A stretch of DNA of 64,000 nucleotides from Planctomycetota bacterium (GTDB lineage: Bacteria > Planctomycetota > Brocadiia > Brocadiales > Bathyanammoxibiaceae), in NCBI GenBank assembly GCA_016209685.1, contig JACQVQ010000005.1, forward strand, positions 24,655 to 88,654, in the 5' to 3' direction. Made by a program: the position numbers and the translations under genes. A model generated the notes under the pieces. It was not told where the DNA came from. It saw only the letters and a list, made by a program, of their open reading frames with translations, and did not search any database. How positions within the stretch are numbered: the first letter of the stretch is position 1; each line of letters opens with the position of its first letter. This document shows positions 15,933 through 23,066 of the stretch, in pieces.

Positions 15933-17891
15933 AATCTTTTCCACCTGGACATAGGTGGAGTTATAGGCGGCGTTGCCTCCGAAGGCCTGGACCTCGTCGG
16001 GTATTAGGGCACTCACCCCTTTCCCACCACAGAGCTTGGGCCAGAGCCCCCCGTAGGCCAGTACCACCCCCTTTTTTATGTCTCTCGTTAGTTTGGCCTT
16101 CATGGTCAACGTGTCCAGGGCACTCCTCAACCTCACCAGTTCCCCGTCTTCTATCTCCTTCTCCCTGGCCTCCTCCTCATTGATGAGCACTATCGGCTCT
16201 ATCTCCTCCTGCCAGACGTTATGGAACTGACTGCGGGTGATGTGCATGAGGTTGGCGGTTATGAGCTGGAACGGATAGCCATTCCTTTCTTCCTCGTAAT
16301 AGCCGGAGAGGGGTGGCAGACCGGCCTTTTCGGCCAGTTGAGAATAAAATTCTATCTTGCCCGAGGGCGTAGGGTAAACGTCCCTGGGCCTGGCCTTCAT
16401 CTTTAAGAAACCCTCCCGTTCAAGCTCCTCCAGTGTAAAGTCCACGGCCTTACTCCTGGCAAGGAACTCCTTGACTACCTCCCGCTCAGGAGGGAATATC
16501 TCGTCGGACTTTAGACCCATAGCCCCAGTTAACTCCCTGAAGACCTGATAATTAGGCTTCGCCTCCCCAAGGGGTCCAATCGCCTTCTGGTTTATGGACA
16601 TATAATTGTGGTAATAGCAGACATGGACATCAAAGGACTCAAGGAAGCTGGTAGCCGGTAGTACAATATCGGCATAGCTACAGGTGTCGTTTAAAAACAG
16701 GTCGTGCGCCACCACAAAGAGGTCTTCCCTCTCCAGCCCCTTTCTTACCAGGTTCTGGTTGGGGAGGTTTACCATGGGGTTGGTATTGAAGACGAAGAGA
16801 AATTTTATCTCGTCCGTCTGCAGTACCCTCCCCAGTTGTGCCATGTTGTAGGTCTTCCTACCTACTGTAGGGGCAGGTTTCAAACCTGCCCCTACCCCCT
16901 GGAGTAACCCCAGGTCTAGCTCCCTATCAGTATTGCTGTAATGCACTCTGTACCCCCCTACCAGGGGTGGCAGTAGGGCAATGGTCCTTACTGCCTCCCC
17001 CCCGTAGAGGTGTTTCTGCATGCCGAAGCCCAGGTGTATGAAGTGGGGCCTCAGACGGTACATGTCCTCGGCCAATCCTACTATATCCTCCCTGGGGAGT
17101 TCCGTAATCCTGGAGACCCTCTCAAGGTCAAACTCCTTCACCACTTCCAGGAATTTATCAAAACCATAGGCATACTTTTCAACGTGCTCACGTTCGTAAA
17201 GTCCTTTAGATATTAGGTAATTTGCAACCCCCAGGGCGAGGGCGCCATCGGTATTGGGCCTTATGGGGAGGTGTTTTCCAAGGTCGCAGGTCTTCAGGGG
17301 GTCTATGAGGTAGAATTTTGCCCCTTTGTGGACGGCCCGTTTGACGAGGTTGTAACCATGGAGATTAGACCACGGACCGTTCAGACCCCAGAAGATGATG
17401 AGTCTGGAGTCCTGTATCTCCTCCGGGTCAATGCCCCAGTAGCCTCCGTAGACGTATTGTAGGGCAGTCCTGCCTGCCAGGGAACAGACGGTAGGGGAGC
17501 ACTTGCTGGTACCCAGGACGTTGAAGAACCGTTGGGAGAACTGCTTGTTGAGGAGTCCCATGTGGCCGAAGTAATCAAAGGGCAGGATGGCCCCAGGGCC
17601 ATGCTTTGCCTGTACTTCTTCTATACGGCGTGCAATCTCACTGTAGGCCTCCTCCCAGGATATTCTCTTAAAATCATCCTTTCCCTTCTTTCCCACCCTT
17701 TTAAGGGGGTAAAATAGCCTCTGGGGTGAGTACACAAACTTCAGGGCATTCTGTATCTTCCAGCAGAGGAAGCCCTGGGTCATCGGGTGACTGGGGTTAC
17801 CCTGCAGCTTAACCGCCCTGCCACCCTCAGTGGTGGTGAGGATGGAACAGGTATCGTAGCAGTCCCTGGGACATGTATTGTATGTAGTCAT
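15921..17891 (-). CDS. Molybdopterin-dependent oxidoreductase (MopB/DMSO-reductase superfamily), cytoplasmic, substrate unknown
   Basis: Fe-S Cys cluster CPRDCYDTCS near the N-terminus and no Tat motif. The start is moved to MTTYNTCP (17891) because the upstream 14 codons are just the 17897-17924 palindrome. Neither start has a clear SD. Confidence 0.85.
   Translation of the reverse strand: MTTYNTCPRDCYDTCSILTTTEGGRAVKLQGNPSHPMTQGFLCWKIQNALKFVYSPQRLFYPLKRVGKKGKDDFKRISWEEAYSEIARRIEEVQAKHGPGAILPFDYFGHMGLLNKQFSQRFFNVLGTSKCSPTVCSLAGRTALQYVYGGYWGIDPEEIQDSRLIIFWGLNGPWSNLHGYNLVKRAVHKGAKFYLIDPLKTCDLGKHLPIRPNTDGALALGVANYLISKGLYEREHVEKYAYGFDKFLEVVKEFDLERVSRITELPREDIVGLAEDMYRLRPHFIHLGFGMQKHLYGGEAVRTIALLPPLVGGYRVHYSNTDRELDLGLLQGVGAGLKPAPTVGRKTYNMAQLGRVLQTDEIKFLFVFNTNPMVNLPNQNLVRKGLEREDLFVVAHDLFLNDTCSYADIVLPATSFLESFDVHVCYYHNYMSINQKAIGPLGEAKPNYQVFRELTGAMGLKSDEIFPPEREVVKEFLARSKAVDFTLEELEREGFLKMKARPRDVYPTPSGKIEFYSQLAEKAGLPPLSGYYEEERNGYPFQLITANLMHITRSQFHNVWQEEIEPIVLINEEEAREKEIEDGELVRLRSALDTLTMKAKLTRDIKKGVVLAYGGLWPKLCGGKGVSALIPDEVQAFGGNAAYNSTYVQVEKIVRV
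16867..16895. repeat. GTAGGGGCAGGTTT-c-AAACCTGCCCCTAC palindrome inside the Mo-oxidoreductase CDS
   Basis: Perfect 14-bp arms. Translated in frame as ..QGVGAGLKPAPTVG.. Confidence 0.95.
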
Positions 17892-17896
17892 AGGCA

Positions 17897-17924
17897 GTAG
17901 GGGCACGTTGCAACGTGCCCCTAC
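17897..17924. repeat. GTAGGGGCACGTTG|CAACGTGCCCCTAC perfect palindrome
   Basis: 28 bp. Same sequence as 42287-42314 (1 mismatch). Confidence 0.95.
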
Positions 17925-17988
17925 AAAAATCATGGTAGCAGAAAGGCGAAAGGGCTGTCAATGTTCGGATACGAGAGAACTCTCTTAT

Positions 17989-18121
17989 TGTCATTCTGAC
18001 CCTGATCCGCCTCAGGCGGAGAAGGGGAAGAATCTCGGAGTAAGATTGGGAAGGGGAAAGAGAAGACGCTACCCCAAGCGTAACAAAGGAACTGAGACCC
18101 TTCGCTACGCTCAGGGTGACA
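17989..18121. repeat. Inverted pair of TGTCA..CTGA...GAATCTC-type units, the left one carrying an internal tccgcctcaggcgga
   Basis: tgtcattctgaccctgatccgcctcaggcggagaaggggaagaatctcgg (17989-18038, with taagattg following to 18046) and gagacccttcgctacgctcagggtgaca (18094-18121). Confidence 0.8.
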
Positions 18122-18134
18122 AGAAGTGAGTGCC

Positions 18135-18197
18135 CTATTTGGAGTCCTTAGGCTTCTTCGGGCACCCGCAGACGCAGATACTCTTCCTGCCAGCCAT
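18135..18197 (-). CDS. 20-aa cysteine-rich micro-ORF (MAGRKSICVCGCPKKPKDSK)
   Basis: Found by hand, below the ORF-track cutoff. ATG preceded by GGAGGTGATAAAA. 94 nt downstream of arsR on the same strand. Its ICxCGC motif is shared with the ArsR C-terminus, including the codons tgc ggg tgc. Confidence 0.5.
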   Translation of the reverse strand: MAGRKSICVCGCPKKPKDSK

Positions 18198-18291
18198 TTT
18201 TATCACCTCCTTTCTGGATTACTGTATAGCAGAAACTAGAAAAGTAAATAAGCAACTACTTACATACGTTTTCAAAAAATTGTCTTCCCTT

Positions 18292-18693
18292 TTACCTTAT
18301 TTCTTTAATCCTTTCCCGGACAATCTTAAGCTCATTTCGCAGTTCCTTCTCGTATTTCTTCAATGATTCTAAACCCGACTCATTCAGATTCTTCTCTCTG
18401 AATTTGCCTGTTCCCCTGCACCCGCATGTGCAAATTTCGCTCAATGCCTGGCGGCAGTTTTCCAGAGCTTCTTCATCTATTGAATACGGTATCCAGTATC
18501 CCTTTCTCTCGCTCCTGACCATGCCTGCTTGCCTCAATATCTTCAGATGTTGTGATACAGCGGCAGGTGTTATACCAACCAACTCTGCAATATTTTTTGC
18601 GCCAAGTGGTCCCTTGGATTTTAAGAGGTTAATTATCCTAACCCGTGTCTCCACACCCAGCACTTTAAACATTTCTGAAGGCATAAACCTCAT
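18292..18693 (-). CDS. ArsR/SmtB-family transcriptional regulator with a C-terminal CxCGC motif and a coiled-coil tail
   Basis: 133 aa. wHTH NIAELVGITPAAVSQHLKILRQAGMVRSERKG, then SEICTCGCRGTG, then the heptad-like ESLKKYEKELRNELKIVRERIKEIR. Confidence 0.9.
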   Translation of the reverse strand: MRFMPSEMFKVLGVETRVRIINLLKSKGPLGAKNIAELVGITPAAVSQHLKILRQAGMVRSERKGYWIPYSIDEEALENCRQALSEICTCGCRGTGKFREKNLNESGLESLKKYEKELRNELKIVRERIKEIR

Positions 18694-18732
18694 GTCATCA
18701 AATCCTTTTTAACTATTTTAGTTTTCACTTAA

Positions 18733-18761
18733 ATAGTAAAACAATTTGGTAAAATTGTCAA
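18733..18761 (-). promoter_or_regulatory. Candidate sigma70 promoter of arsR with an overlapping 7-4-7 palindromic operator
   Basis: Minus strand reads TTGACA (18761-18756), a 17-nt spacer, then TACTAT (18738-18733). ACAATTT-tacc-AAATTGT (18741-18758) fills the spacer, as in autoregulated ArsR/SmtB operators. Confidence 0.45.
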
Positions 18762-18817
18762 TAGAATTTTTTAAAGAATTACTCGTAATACAATTGGAGT
18801 AAACAGGGCCAGGCAAA

Positions 18818-19801
18818 CTACCCAAAAACCCTCTTGCCCACCTGTTTCCTTAGGAACATAAAGAGTTCTCGTATCATGAGGTGTTTATCGCTTAGGGCCT
18901 TGAGGTGGAAGGGGAGGACGCAACCGCATCGTGAGCAATCGGCCTGGGGGCCCATCATGCAGGGTTTTTTGACACGTCCCTGGGGGTCAAAGCAGAAGGC
19001 CACCTGGCGGAAGAGGCAGTTACGGGTTATCTCCTGACAGCGGTCGGAACGCATGCTCTCCAGCACCTCTGGTGGTATGACAATAAAATCCCCGTGTCTC
19101 TCCTTCAACCGAAGAAGCACGTCAATGGTCTTGTCCCTAATCTCCCACCCGGGCCAGAGGGAATCGTTCTCTAACCCCCTTACAGGGGTATAAAACTGGA
19201 AGAGACACCCCCTTACCCCTCCCCTCTCGTGCCACTCATCCACGAAGGCCTCCGCCCCCTGGTAGTTCTCCCTGGTAATGACCATGGAGAGTAACACCCT
19301 GAGGTCGGGCCTTACGGCGTTGGCTAGTATCTTGTCGTAAGTGCCTTTGCCCCTCAGACCCTCATGCAGTTCCCTGGGGCCATCCACGGAGACATAGAAA
19401 TTGACGTCTTTCCAATCAGGAAGTTCCATCATGCCGTTGGTAGTCACCATGTTGGATTTAAAATACCCCATGCCCTTCTCTATGAGGCTCTTCCTCAAGA
19501 GAGGCTCTCCGCCTATCCATGAGCACTGGTAGAAGGGGAAGCCCTGCTTCTTTAATTCCTCAAACTTGAGGAGCCACTCCTCGTCGCTAAGCTCCCGCTC
19601 CGCCTCGTAGTCGTGGGCAAAGAAATAACAGTGTCTGCACCGGAGATTGCAACGGTTGGTAACGTCAATGGCGCCGATTGCCCCCTCCGGCTTGCCAAAG
19701 AGGTCAAAGGAGGCAAGGTCGTAGGCCTTGAAGAGGAACTTCGTCCTCTCCTTGCCCAGAATCTGACTGGAGAATTGAAACAGGTTATCTCTTATGGACA
19801 T
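18818..19801 (-). CDS. Radical SAM protein with a C-terminal auxiliary Cys cluster, function unknown
   Basis: CNLRCRHCY (CX3CX2C) and the C-terminal CMMGPQADCSRCGC. The start is moved to MSIRDNL (19801) because the upstream 23 codons are the 19813-19839 palindrome. Confidence 0.8.
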   Translation of the reverse strand: MSIRDNLFQFSSQILGKERTKFLFKAYDLASFDLFGKPEGAIGAIDVTNRCNLRCRHCYFFAHDYEAERELSDEEWLLKFEELKKQGFPFYQCSWIGGEPLLRKSLIEKGMGYFKSNMVTTNGMMELPDWKDVNFYVSVDGPRELHEGLRGKGTYDKILANAVRPDLRVLLSMVITRENYQGAEAFVDEWHERGGVRGCLFQFYTPVRGLENDSLWPGWEIRDKTIDVLLRLKERHGDFIVIPPEVLESMRSDRCQEITRNCLFRQVAFCFDPQGRVKKPCMMGPQADCSRCGCVLPFHLKALSDKHLMIRELFMFLRKQVGKRVFG

Positions 19802-19812
19802 TTCACATCCCT

Positions 19813-19839
19813 GTAGGGGCAGGGTAACCCTGCCCCTAC
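19813..19839. repeat. GTAGGGGCAGGGT-a-ACCCTGCCCCTAC palindrome
   Basis: Perfect 13-bp arms. Confidence 0.95.
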
Positions 19840-19900
19840 ATAAAAAATCAGATTTTCCTAGAAAAAGCAATACAAAAACTAAAGAATACAGAATTCCGTA

Positions 19901-19929
19901 TTCAAAATTTAGCCCTGTTCTGCTATAAT
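19901..19929 (+). promoter_or_regulatory. Candidate sigma70 promoter for queE-queC
   Basis: TTCAAA (19901-19906), 17-nt spacer, TATAAT (19924-19929), about 45 nt upstream of the TTG start. Confidence 0.4.
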
Positions 19930-19974
19930 CTACACACCCCTACCCCTCTTTTTAGAGGGGAGAAGAGGTAAGCC

Positions 19975-20664
19975 TTGAAACTAAAGGTAAATGAAATCTT
20001 TAAGAGCATACAGGGGGAGTCTACCTACGCCGGACTGCCCTGTAGTTTTATCAGGCTGACGGGGTGCAACCTCAGGTGCAGTTACTGCGATACGACCTAC
20101 GCCTACGAAAAGGGTGAAGACATGGGCCTTGAGGAGATCCTTACCGACATGGAACTCCTGGGGTGCAACCTGGTAGAAATCACAGGGGGTGAACCCCTCC
20201 TTCAAGAGGGTACGGGTGGACTCATCAAAAAACTGTTGGATGAAGGGTACAAGGTGCTGGTGGAGACTAACGGTTCCCTGAACATAGACGTGCTCCCTGA
20301 GGGGACCATAAGGATTGTGGACATCAAGTGCCCTGGTAGTGGCATGTCCGAGCGGATGGACTGGAAGAACATAGAGAGGCTCAGGGATACGGATGAGGTT
20401 AAATTTGTCCTCTCTTCCCAGGAGGATTATACCTGGGCCAGGGGGATTATAGATAAGTATGCCCTGCTGGATAAATCAAAGGTCCTCATGGGCGTGGCGT
20501 ATGGTAAACTGGACCCAAGGCCCCTGGCCGAGTGGATACTCCAGGACGGACTGGAGGTGCGTCTCCAACTCCAGCTACACCGTTACATCTGGCCTCCAGG
20601 TACACAGGAAGGGACACTGCTGAGAAGCACCTGCCGACATGATACACTAAGCACTAGGGACTAG
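19975..20664 (+). CDS. queE: 7-carboxy-7-deazaguanine synthase (radical SAM)
   Basis: TTG start. IFKSIQGESTYAGLPCSFIRLTGCNLRCSYCDT. The C-terminal ~25 aa run into heptad words. Confidence 0.92.
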   Translation: MKLKVNEIFKSIQGESTYAGLPCSFIRLTGCNLRCSYCDTTYAYEKGEDMGLEEILTDMELLGCNLVEITGGEPLLQEGTGGLIKKLLDEGYKVLVETNGSLNIDVLPEGTIRIVDIKCPGSGMSERMDWKNIERLRDTDEVKFVLSSQEDYTWARGIIDKYALLDKSKVLMGVAYGKLDPRPLAEWILQDGLEVRLQLQLHRYIWPPGTQEGTLLRSTCRHDTLSTRD

Positions 20665-20720
20665 GGACTAAGGACTGATGTCTGGTGTTTAGTGCGTAGT
20701 GCATAGTATTTGGTGCTTGT
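20641..20720. repeat. Heptad-word array (GCACTAG/GGACTAG ... TGCGTAG/TGCATAG)
   Basis: acactaa gcactag ggactag ggactaa ggactga tgtctgg tgtttag tgcgtag tgcatag. The arms are partly complementary. Confidence 0.75.
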
Positions 20721-20754
20721 TGAATTTTGTATTCTTCTATTCTCCTTAAATCTT

Positions 20755-21468
20755 ATGAAAAGTAAGTTGGCCGTAGTACTCCTTAGCGGGGGTATGGATA
20801 GCTGTGTGACCACAGCCATTGCCAGACAAGACCACGAGCTTGCCCTACTGCACGCCAACTACGGACAGAAGACCGAGCGGAGGGAACTCAAGGCCTTTAA
20901 TGATATTGCCCAATACTACCTCGTCCCCCCAGGCAGGAGGCTCGTGGTGGATATGCACTACCTGGGGGAGATGGGAGGGTCTAGTCTCACTGACCCTAAA
21001 CTGGATGTGCCGACTGCTGGGCAGACACATAGGTCTGCCCCTACCGCTACCGCAATCCCCTCCACTTACGTCCCCTTCAGGAACACCCACCTACTGGCCT
21101 CAGCAGTATCCTGGGCAGAGGTACTGGGCGCCAGAAAGGTCTTCATAGGGGCGGTAGAGAACGACAACCCCTGTTACCCCGACTGTAGAGAGGTCTACTA
21201 CAAGGCCATCAACCAATTGGTAAGGGTGGGCACCCGTCTGGATTCTCAGATAGTGGTGGAAACCCCCCTATTACATCTCAAGAAATCCCAGATTGTCCAG
21301 AAAGGTATGGCCCTCGGGGCGCCACTCCATCTGAGCTGGTCTTGTTACAAAAATGAAGATAGGGCCTGCGGTACGTGTCAGAGTTGTAGACTGCGGTTGG
21401 GGGCCTTTAAAGAGGCAGGGTACATAGACCCCGTCCCCTATGAGGCGGAAATAGTAGACAGAAAGTAG
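20755..21468 (+). CDS. queC: 7-cyano-7-deazaguanine synthase
   Basis: Start moved to MKSKLAVVLLSGGMDS (PP-loop SGGxDS). C-terminal zinc site CYKNEDRACGTCQSC. Confidence 0.93.
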   Translation: MKSKLAVVLLSGGMDSCVTTAIARQDHELALLHANYGQKTERRELKAFNDIAQYYLVPPGRRLVVDMHYLGEMGGSSLTDPKLDVPTAGQTHRSAPTATAIPSTYVPFRNTHLLASAVSWAEVLGARKVFIGAVENDNPCYPDCREVYYKAINQLVRVGTRLDSQIVVETPLLHLKKSQIVQKGMALGAPLHLSWSCYKNEDRACGTCQSCRLRLGAFKEAGYIDPVPYEAEIVDRK

Positions 21469-21491
21469 GGGCGGGGTTACCCCGCCCCTAC
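21465..21491. repeat. GTAGGGGCGGGGT-t-ACCCCGCCCCTAC palindrome containing the stop codons of both convergent genes
   Basis: The queC TAG is at 21466-21468, in the left arm. The rnc TAA is the complement of 21477-21479, spanning the palindrome centre (t78) and the first right-arm base. Confidence 0.95.
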
Positions 21492-22301
21492 AGGGCGTTC
21501 TTGCTGTGTGAGTTCCCTATAGGTAGCCTCGGCGGCGAGTTGTTCGGCCTGTTTCTTACTCTTGCCCTTCCCGTGACGGTACTCGGCATCCTTGATTATC
21601 ACTGCCACTTCAAAGGTCTTCCCGTGTTCCGGGCCGTGCTGGTGTATCAACCTGTAGTGCGGGGTAGTGCCCAGATGCTTCTGGCAGTGCTGTTGCAGGA
21701 GGGATTTGTAGTTGCCTTCATGTTCGCTGTGACAGACACGGGCAATCTCTTCTCCCAACTGTGAGACGACAAAATCCTTTGCGGCGGAGAGCCCGCCATC
21801 CAGATATATGGCGGCGATAATGGCCTCAAAGACGTTAGCGATGAGTGACCTGGGGAAGCTCTTACGCTCTGGCAGACCCTTGCCCACCACCACATATTCC
21901 CCCAGGTTCAACCTGTCTCCAACCCTGGCCAGGATGGTCTGGCTCACTACCACAGACTTTATCCTGGTCAACTCCCCCTCGCAGTACTCCGGGAAGGCCT
22001 TGTACAGGTGTTCTGAGATAACCATCCCCAGGATGGCGTCTCCCATAAACTCTAACCTCTCGTTACTCCCGTTGTACTCCAGTTTACAAGAGGTATGTAT
22101 CAGGGCACTCTCCAGGAAGGAGACGTCCTTAAAGGTGTAACCCAGGGCTATCTGGCACTTCTGGAGTTTACTTAAGGTAGTATCCGCCCCTTCTCCGCCT
22201 GAGGCGGATTCAAGGGCAGGCCCTGCGTTGCTTTTGGCTTCGCCTTCACAAGGGCCACTCTCCACAAAAGTGGATTGGCAATCAGTTTCCCGTAACTTCA
22301 T
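21477..22301 (-). CDS. rnc: Ribonuclease III with an N-terminal extension
   Basis: NERLEFMGDAILG signature and a C-terminal dsRBD (GPEHGKTFEVAVII...GKGKSKKQAEQLAA). The start is uncertain (ATG 22301 or GTG further in). The N-terminal ESASGGEG is encoded by a tccgcctgaggcgga repeat. Confidence 0.9.
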   Translation of the reverse strand: MKLRETDCQSTFVESGPCEGEAKSNAGPALESASGGEGADTTLSKLQKCQIALGYTFKDVSFLESALIHTSCKLEYNGSNERLEFMGDAILGMVISEHLYKAFPEYCEGELTRIKSVVVSQTILARVGDRLNLGEYVVVGKGLPERKSFPRSLIANVFEAIIAAIYLDGGLSAAKDFVVSQLGEEIARVCHSEHEGNYKSLLQQHCQKHLGTTPHYRLIHQHGPEHGKTFEVAVIIKDAEYRHGKGKSKKQAEQLAAEATYRELTQQERPVGAG

Positions 22302-22824
22302 CCTTCTGAAATTTTCTCTCCTTGAAGAGCATATCCTCATCCAGGGCAGTATATTTAGTTGCACACTGGATAAGGTCGTTGGAAGTACTCTTCCTGAAAG
22401 ATACCACCTCTACACGGCACCCGTGGGCCTTCAGCATCTCCACCAGTGGGACAAAGTCCCCGTCTCCAGAGACCAATACTACAGCGTCCAGCCGGGTGGC
22501 TATGGCTATTGTATCTATGGCAATGCCCATATCCCAGTCCCCCTTGGCAGTGCCATCTGGACGGAGGCGCAGCTCCTTGGACTTTATCTCGTAACCTAGC
22601 CGTTCCAGTGCCTCTATAAAGCTAGACTGGTCTACCTCGGGCTTCTGTACCACGTATGCAATGGCCCTCACCAATTGCCTATCCCCTACTATCTCTTGTA
22701 GTAGTTTACTGTAGTCTATCTTTGACTGGTGCAGGGCCTTGGCCGAGTAGAACATATTCTGCACGTCAACAAAAACCCCTACCCGCTGGTCCGAATTCTT
22801 TGAAATGTCTTTTCCCGACCCCAA
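22282..22824 (-). CDS. NYN/LabA-like domain protein (predicted RNase)
   Basis: 180 aa. VGVFVDVQNMFYSA and VVLVSGDGDFVPLV motifs. Overlaps the rnc start by about 20 nt. Confidence 0.8.
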   Translation of the reverse strand: MGSGKDISKNSDQRVGVFVDVQNMFYSAKALHQSKIDYSKLLQEIVGDRQLVRAIAYVVQKPEVDQSSFIEALERLGYEIKSKELRLRPDGTAKGDWDMGIAIDTIAIATRLDAVVLVSGDGDFVPLVEMLKAHGCRVEVVSFRKSTSNDLIQCATKYTALDEDMLFKERKFQKDEVTGN

Positions 22825-22987
22825 TATAATACTCCTTTATGCCGATTTATTTAATATAAGATTCCAATACAATCGTACAAATACTATTGTAACAAGACCT
22901 TAATAGGAGTCAATTAATATTTTATTGACACCCCTCTTAAATTCTGATAAATGTAGTAGTTAACGAAATTTGTACCTATTCCGCCTG

Positions 22988-23064
22988 CTATCGGCTTTCG
23001 GCCTTCAGCCCTCGGGTTTCGGCTATTGACCGACAGCCGAGGGCCAACACCGAAAGCCAAAGAG
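22988..23064. repeat. Heptad-word inverted repeat (CTTTCGG/CCCTCGG family) in the pheA leader
   Basis: ctatcgg ctttcgg ccttcag ccctcgg gtttcgg ct-attgac-cgacagccgagggccaacaccgaaagccaaaga. Confidence 0.85.
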
Positions 23065-23066
23065 AT

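Noticed and set aside
19930-19974. preQ1 riboswitch in the queE leader
   Set aside because: There is a hairpin (cccctcu-uuuu-agagggg) before the SD. However, the leader lacks the A-rich ..AAAAAACUA tail and the P1/loop layout of preQ1-I as I recall it. This needs a covariance-model scan to be sure.
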